From contig DAIDLI010000138.1 of the NCBI GenBank assembly GCA_027449545.1, positions 7,977-71,976 on the forward strand: a stretch of 64,000 nucleotides of DNA, written 5' to 3'. Shown here in pieces: positions 61,472 through 64,000 of the stretch; position 1 is the stretch's first letter, and every line of letters begins with the position of its first letter. Under the pieces are notes generated by a model. It was not told the DNA's origin, did not search any database, and saw only the letters and a list, made by a program, of their open reading frames with translations. The DNA is from Acidobacteriaceae bacterium. Its GTDB lineage: Bacteria; Acidobacteriota; Terriglobia; Terriglobales; Acidobacteriaceae. The translations under genes were made by a program, and so were the position numbers.

Positions 61472-63340
61472 TTGCCTGAAATTCGTAATCCTAATCTGCA
61501 ATCGCAGGGGCCTGGCGGTGGTGGCGGCGGTGACATGCGCGGCACCATGGTCTTCTGGCTGTTCCTGCTGCTGGTCTTCTTCGGCTACGAAACCTTCTTC
61601 AACCGGCCCAAGCCACCGGCTCCGGCAGCGCACCAGACCCAGACCAATTCCGCCACTCCCGCGATGCCGCCGCCGGCCCAGCCCCAGACTGGCAGCAGTG
61701 CCGCCGCCCAGCATTCTGCGGCCAAGCCGCCCGCGGCAACGCCGGCCATCACCGCCAGCGCGGAGTCCGAGACCACGGTTGAGAATGAGCTCTACAAGAT
61801 CGTCTTTACCAACCGCGGCGGCCAGGTCAAGCACTGGATCCTGAAGAAGTATTCCGATTCGCACGGCAAGCCGCTGGACATGGTGCAGGAGCAGATCGCC
61901 TCCCGCTACGGCTTCCCGCTGTCGCTCTACACCTACGATCCTTCTCTCACCTCGCAGCTGAACAACTCGCTCTACCAGGTCAGTGTCTCCGGCTCGCAGC
62001 CCACCGCCAGCGGCGCGATCATCGCGCCGGCTACCCTGACCTTCCGCTATGCCCAGAACGGCCTCAGCGTCACCAAGACGTTTTCCTTCAGTTCGAACTA
62101 CGTCATCGATGTGAAGACCGAGGTTACGCGCAACGGCCAGCCGGTGCGCGCGCTGGTGGCGTGGCCCGGCGGGCTGGGAGACATGGAGGAGTTCCGGCCC
62201 GGCTTCCATGGCGCGATCTTTACTTCCGCGGCCTCGCAGTTCGCCTGGTATCTGAACGGCAAGGCCGACACCACCAAGGCGGAAAAGGTCAGCGGCGACG
62301 CAACCCTCAATGAGCCCTACTCCTACGCGGCCATTGAAGACCTCTACTTTGCCGCGGCCTTCCTGCCCTACAACGTCGACAACACTTCTGTGGTTACGCT
62401 GCACCACGAGATTCAACTGCTAAGCAACCCCAGCGATGCCAGCAGTCAGAAGAAGCCGGCCCAGGTCATCGGACTGGCAATGGGCGACACCACGGGCGTA
62501 ACCCACCTGCGCCTCTTCGCCGGTCCTAAAGAGACCAGCGTGCTCAACTCCATCCACGCCACCGGCTCCGAAGGCCAGCAGAACGGCACCTCGCTCGCGC
62601 CGCTCCTGCACTTTGGCTGGTTCAGCATCATCGCCAAGCCGCTCTACCTGGCGGTGCGCTGGCTGCGCGGCGTGCTCGGCCCAGGCGCCAACAACTGGGG
62701 CTGGGCGATCGTGATCGTCGGCATCATCCTCAACCTGGTCACGCTGCCCTCGCGGTTGATGATGACCAAGTCGTCGCTCAAGATGATGCGCATCCAGCCC
62801 AAGGTGGATGCGATCAAGAACCGCTTCAAGAACCTGAAGGCCACCGACCCCAAACGCGCTGAGATGAACCAGGAGATGATGGCGCTCTATAAGGCCGAGG
62901 GCGTCAATATGTATGGCAGTTGCCTGCCCATGCTCATCCAGCTGCCGCTCCTGTACGCCATCTACGAGGTGCTGGAGAACGCCATCGAACTTCGCCAGGC
63001 ACACTGGCTCTGGATTCCGGATCTCTCCGGTCCCGACCCGACCTACGTGTTGCCCGGCCTGTTCATCCTCACCATGTTCCTGGTGCAGTACATCTCGCCC
63101 TCGCCGGGCATGGATCCGGCCCAGCGACGGATGATGGCCTTCGTGATGCCGGTTATCTTCGGCTTCACGCTCTTCCACTTCCCGTCCGGACTGGCCCTTT
63201 ACTGGTTCGTCGGCAACATCATCAACCTGATCATCCAGGTGGCCATCAACCGCTCCAGCATCGGCAAGGAGATGCATGCCATCGCCGCGCGACGAGCCGC
63301 CAAAAAATCCGGCCTCAAGACCATCCAGGGCCGCCGCTAA
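61472..63340 (+). CDS. yidC: Membrane protein insertase YidC
   Basis: FTNRGGQVKHW, HFGWFSIIAKPL, NWGWAI, GSCLPMLIQLP, PSGLALYW. TTG start. Confidence 0.96.
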   Translation: MPEIRNPNLQSQGPGGGGGGDMRGTMVFWLFLLLVFFGYETFFNRPKPPAPAAHQTQTNSATPAMPPPAQPQTGSSAAAQHSAAKPPAATPAITASAESETTVENELYKIVFTNRGGQVKHWILKKYSDSHGKPLDMVQEQIASRYGFPLSLYTYDPSLTSQLNNSLYQVSVSGSQPTASGAIIAPATLTFRYAQNGLSVTKTFSFSSNYVIDVKTEVTRNGQPVRALVAWPGGLGDMEEFRPGFHGAIFTSAASQFAWYLNGKADTTKAEKVSGDATLNEPYSYAAIEDLYFAAAFLPYNVDNTSVVTLHHEIQLLSNPSDASSQKKPAQVIGLAMGDTTGVTHLRLFAGPKETSVLNSIHATGSEGQQNGTSLAPLLHFGWFSIIAKPLYLAVRWLRGVLGPGANNWGWAIVIVGIILNLVTLPSRLMMTKSSLKMMRIQPKVDAIKNRFKNLKATDPKRAEMNQEMMALYKAEGVNMYGSCLPMLIQLPLLYAIYEVLENAIELRQAHWLWIPDLSGPDPTYVLPGLFILTMFLVQYISPSPGMDPAQRRMMAFVMPVIFGFTLFHFPSGLALYWFVGNIINLIIQVAINRSSIGKEMHAIAARRAAKKSGLKTIQGRR

Positions 63341-63360
63341 CCCAACCTCCATCAGCAGAC

Positions 63361-63402
63361 AAAAACCGGCGCATCGTGACTCCCACGATGCGCCGGTTTT
63401 TT
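63361..63402 (+). terminator. Intrinsic (possibly bidirectional) terminator
   Basis: AAAAACCGGCGCATCGTG-ACTCC-CACGATGCGCCGGTTTTTT. Confidence 0.85.
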
Positions 63403-63430
63403 GTTCCCCGTTCCCCTCGACTGCGCGAAC

Positions 63431-63451
63431 CTATTCCCTATTCCCTATTCC
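63431..63451. repeat. Heptamer tandem repeat (CTATTCC)x3
   Basis: Read directly from the sequence. Confidence 0.85.
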
Positions 63452-63469
63452 CTGCTTTATCGTTCTTCC

Positions 63470-64000
63470 ATGTCTCATCCCGTGGCTCATGCCTCGCACA
63501 GCGCTCTCGTGGAACCGCCCCATCCCTCGCCCGAAGCCGAAGAGATCTACCGCCGCTGGGTTCAGTTCCTCGATGACGAATTCGCACGCCATTCCTCCGC
63601 CGGGAGCCGTTCCGAGATCGTGCGCGACCAGCTCCACCATATCTACCTGGGCCGGCCGCACGGGGGAAAGATGGACGCCACCCTCACCTCGGAGCTGCCC
63701 GGCAATGTGATGTCGCTGTCGCTGGACCCCACCAACATCACGCTCGAGGCGGAACACTTTCCCGATGTCGACCGCGCCCGCTTCGCCCGCCTCAAGCCGC
63801 TCATCTGGTTCTGGAAGATGTTCGATCGCTCCGCCATCGGCCTCAACCACTGGCTGGGCCTGCGCGTTCGGGCCATGCTGGGCCGCCATATCTTCGAACA
63901 ACTCGGCGCCGGCGTGCGCATCTTCCACGGCGTGGACATCACTTACGGCTATAACCTTTCCATCGAGGATGGCGCGATCATTCGCCAATGCGCGCTGCTC
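63470..64000 (+). CDS. Left-handed beta-helix acyltransferase, partial (runs off window)
   Basis: Manual translation MSHPVAH...LKPLIWFWKMFDRS...IFEQLGAGVRIFHGVDITYGYNLSIEDGAII..., the onset of hexapeptide repeats. Confidence 0.75.
   Translation, partial: MSHPVAHASHSALVEPPHPSPEAEEIYRRWVQFLDDEFARHSSAGSRSEIVRDQLHHIYLGRPHGGKMDATLTSELPGNVMSLSLDPTNITLEAEHFPDVDRARFARLKPLIWFWKMFDRSAIGLNHWLGLRVRAMLGRHIFEQLGAGVRIFHGVDITYGYNLSIEDGAIIRQCALL

Overview
GC-rich bacterial chromosome window. It looks acidobacterial, judged from the Oar/carboxypeptidase-type TonB-dependent receptors and the DnaA/RpmH style (inference). Left to right: (1) the 5' end of a formate-dehydrogenase-type molybdoenzyme, fed by a selD-selA-selB operon with divergent tRNA-Sec. 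(2) A five-gene module: beta-barrel-like protein with a (GS)n loop, CHASE2 kinase, sigma54 activator, FecR-domain protein and a secreted D/Q/K/T/R repeat protein, with a candidate sigma54 promoter. (3) A small biosynthetic cluster: carbamoyltransferase, stand-alone A-PCP, one-module PKS with DH nested in KR, and a PPTase. (4) A LacI-controlled glycan locus with 2 TBDRs, 2 Tat sulfatases, GH51, two paralogous unnamed GH-A-like proteins and four promoter/operator cassettes, followed by a GH127-like remnant and an FAH-family dehydratase. (5) A GH144-like glucanase divergent from a TBDR. (6) A Tat DsrE-like / solute-binding / TsdA-like thiosulfate operon. (7) TolC plus a YbhGFSR-like exporter. (8) dnaA and rpmH-rnpA-yidD-yidC plus a partial acyltransferase. 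No CRISPR array, integrase or transposase was seen. Family assignments come from motif recognition by eye, not database searches.
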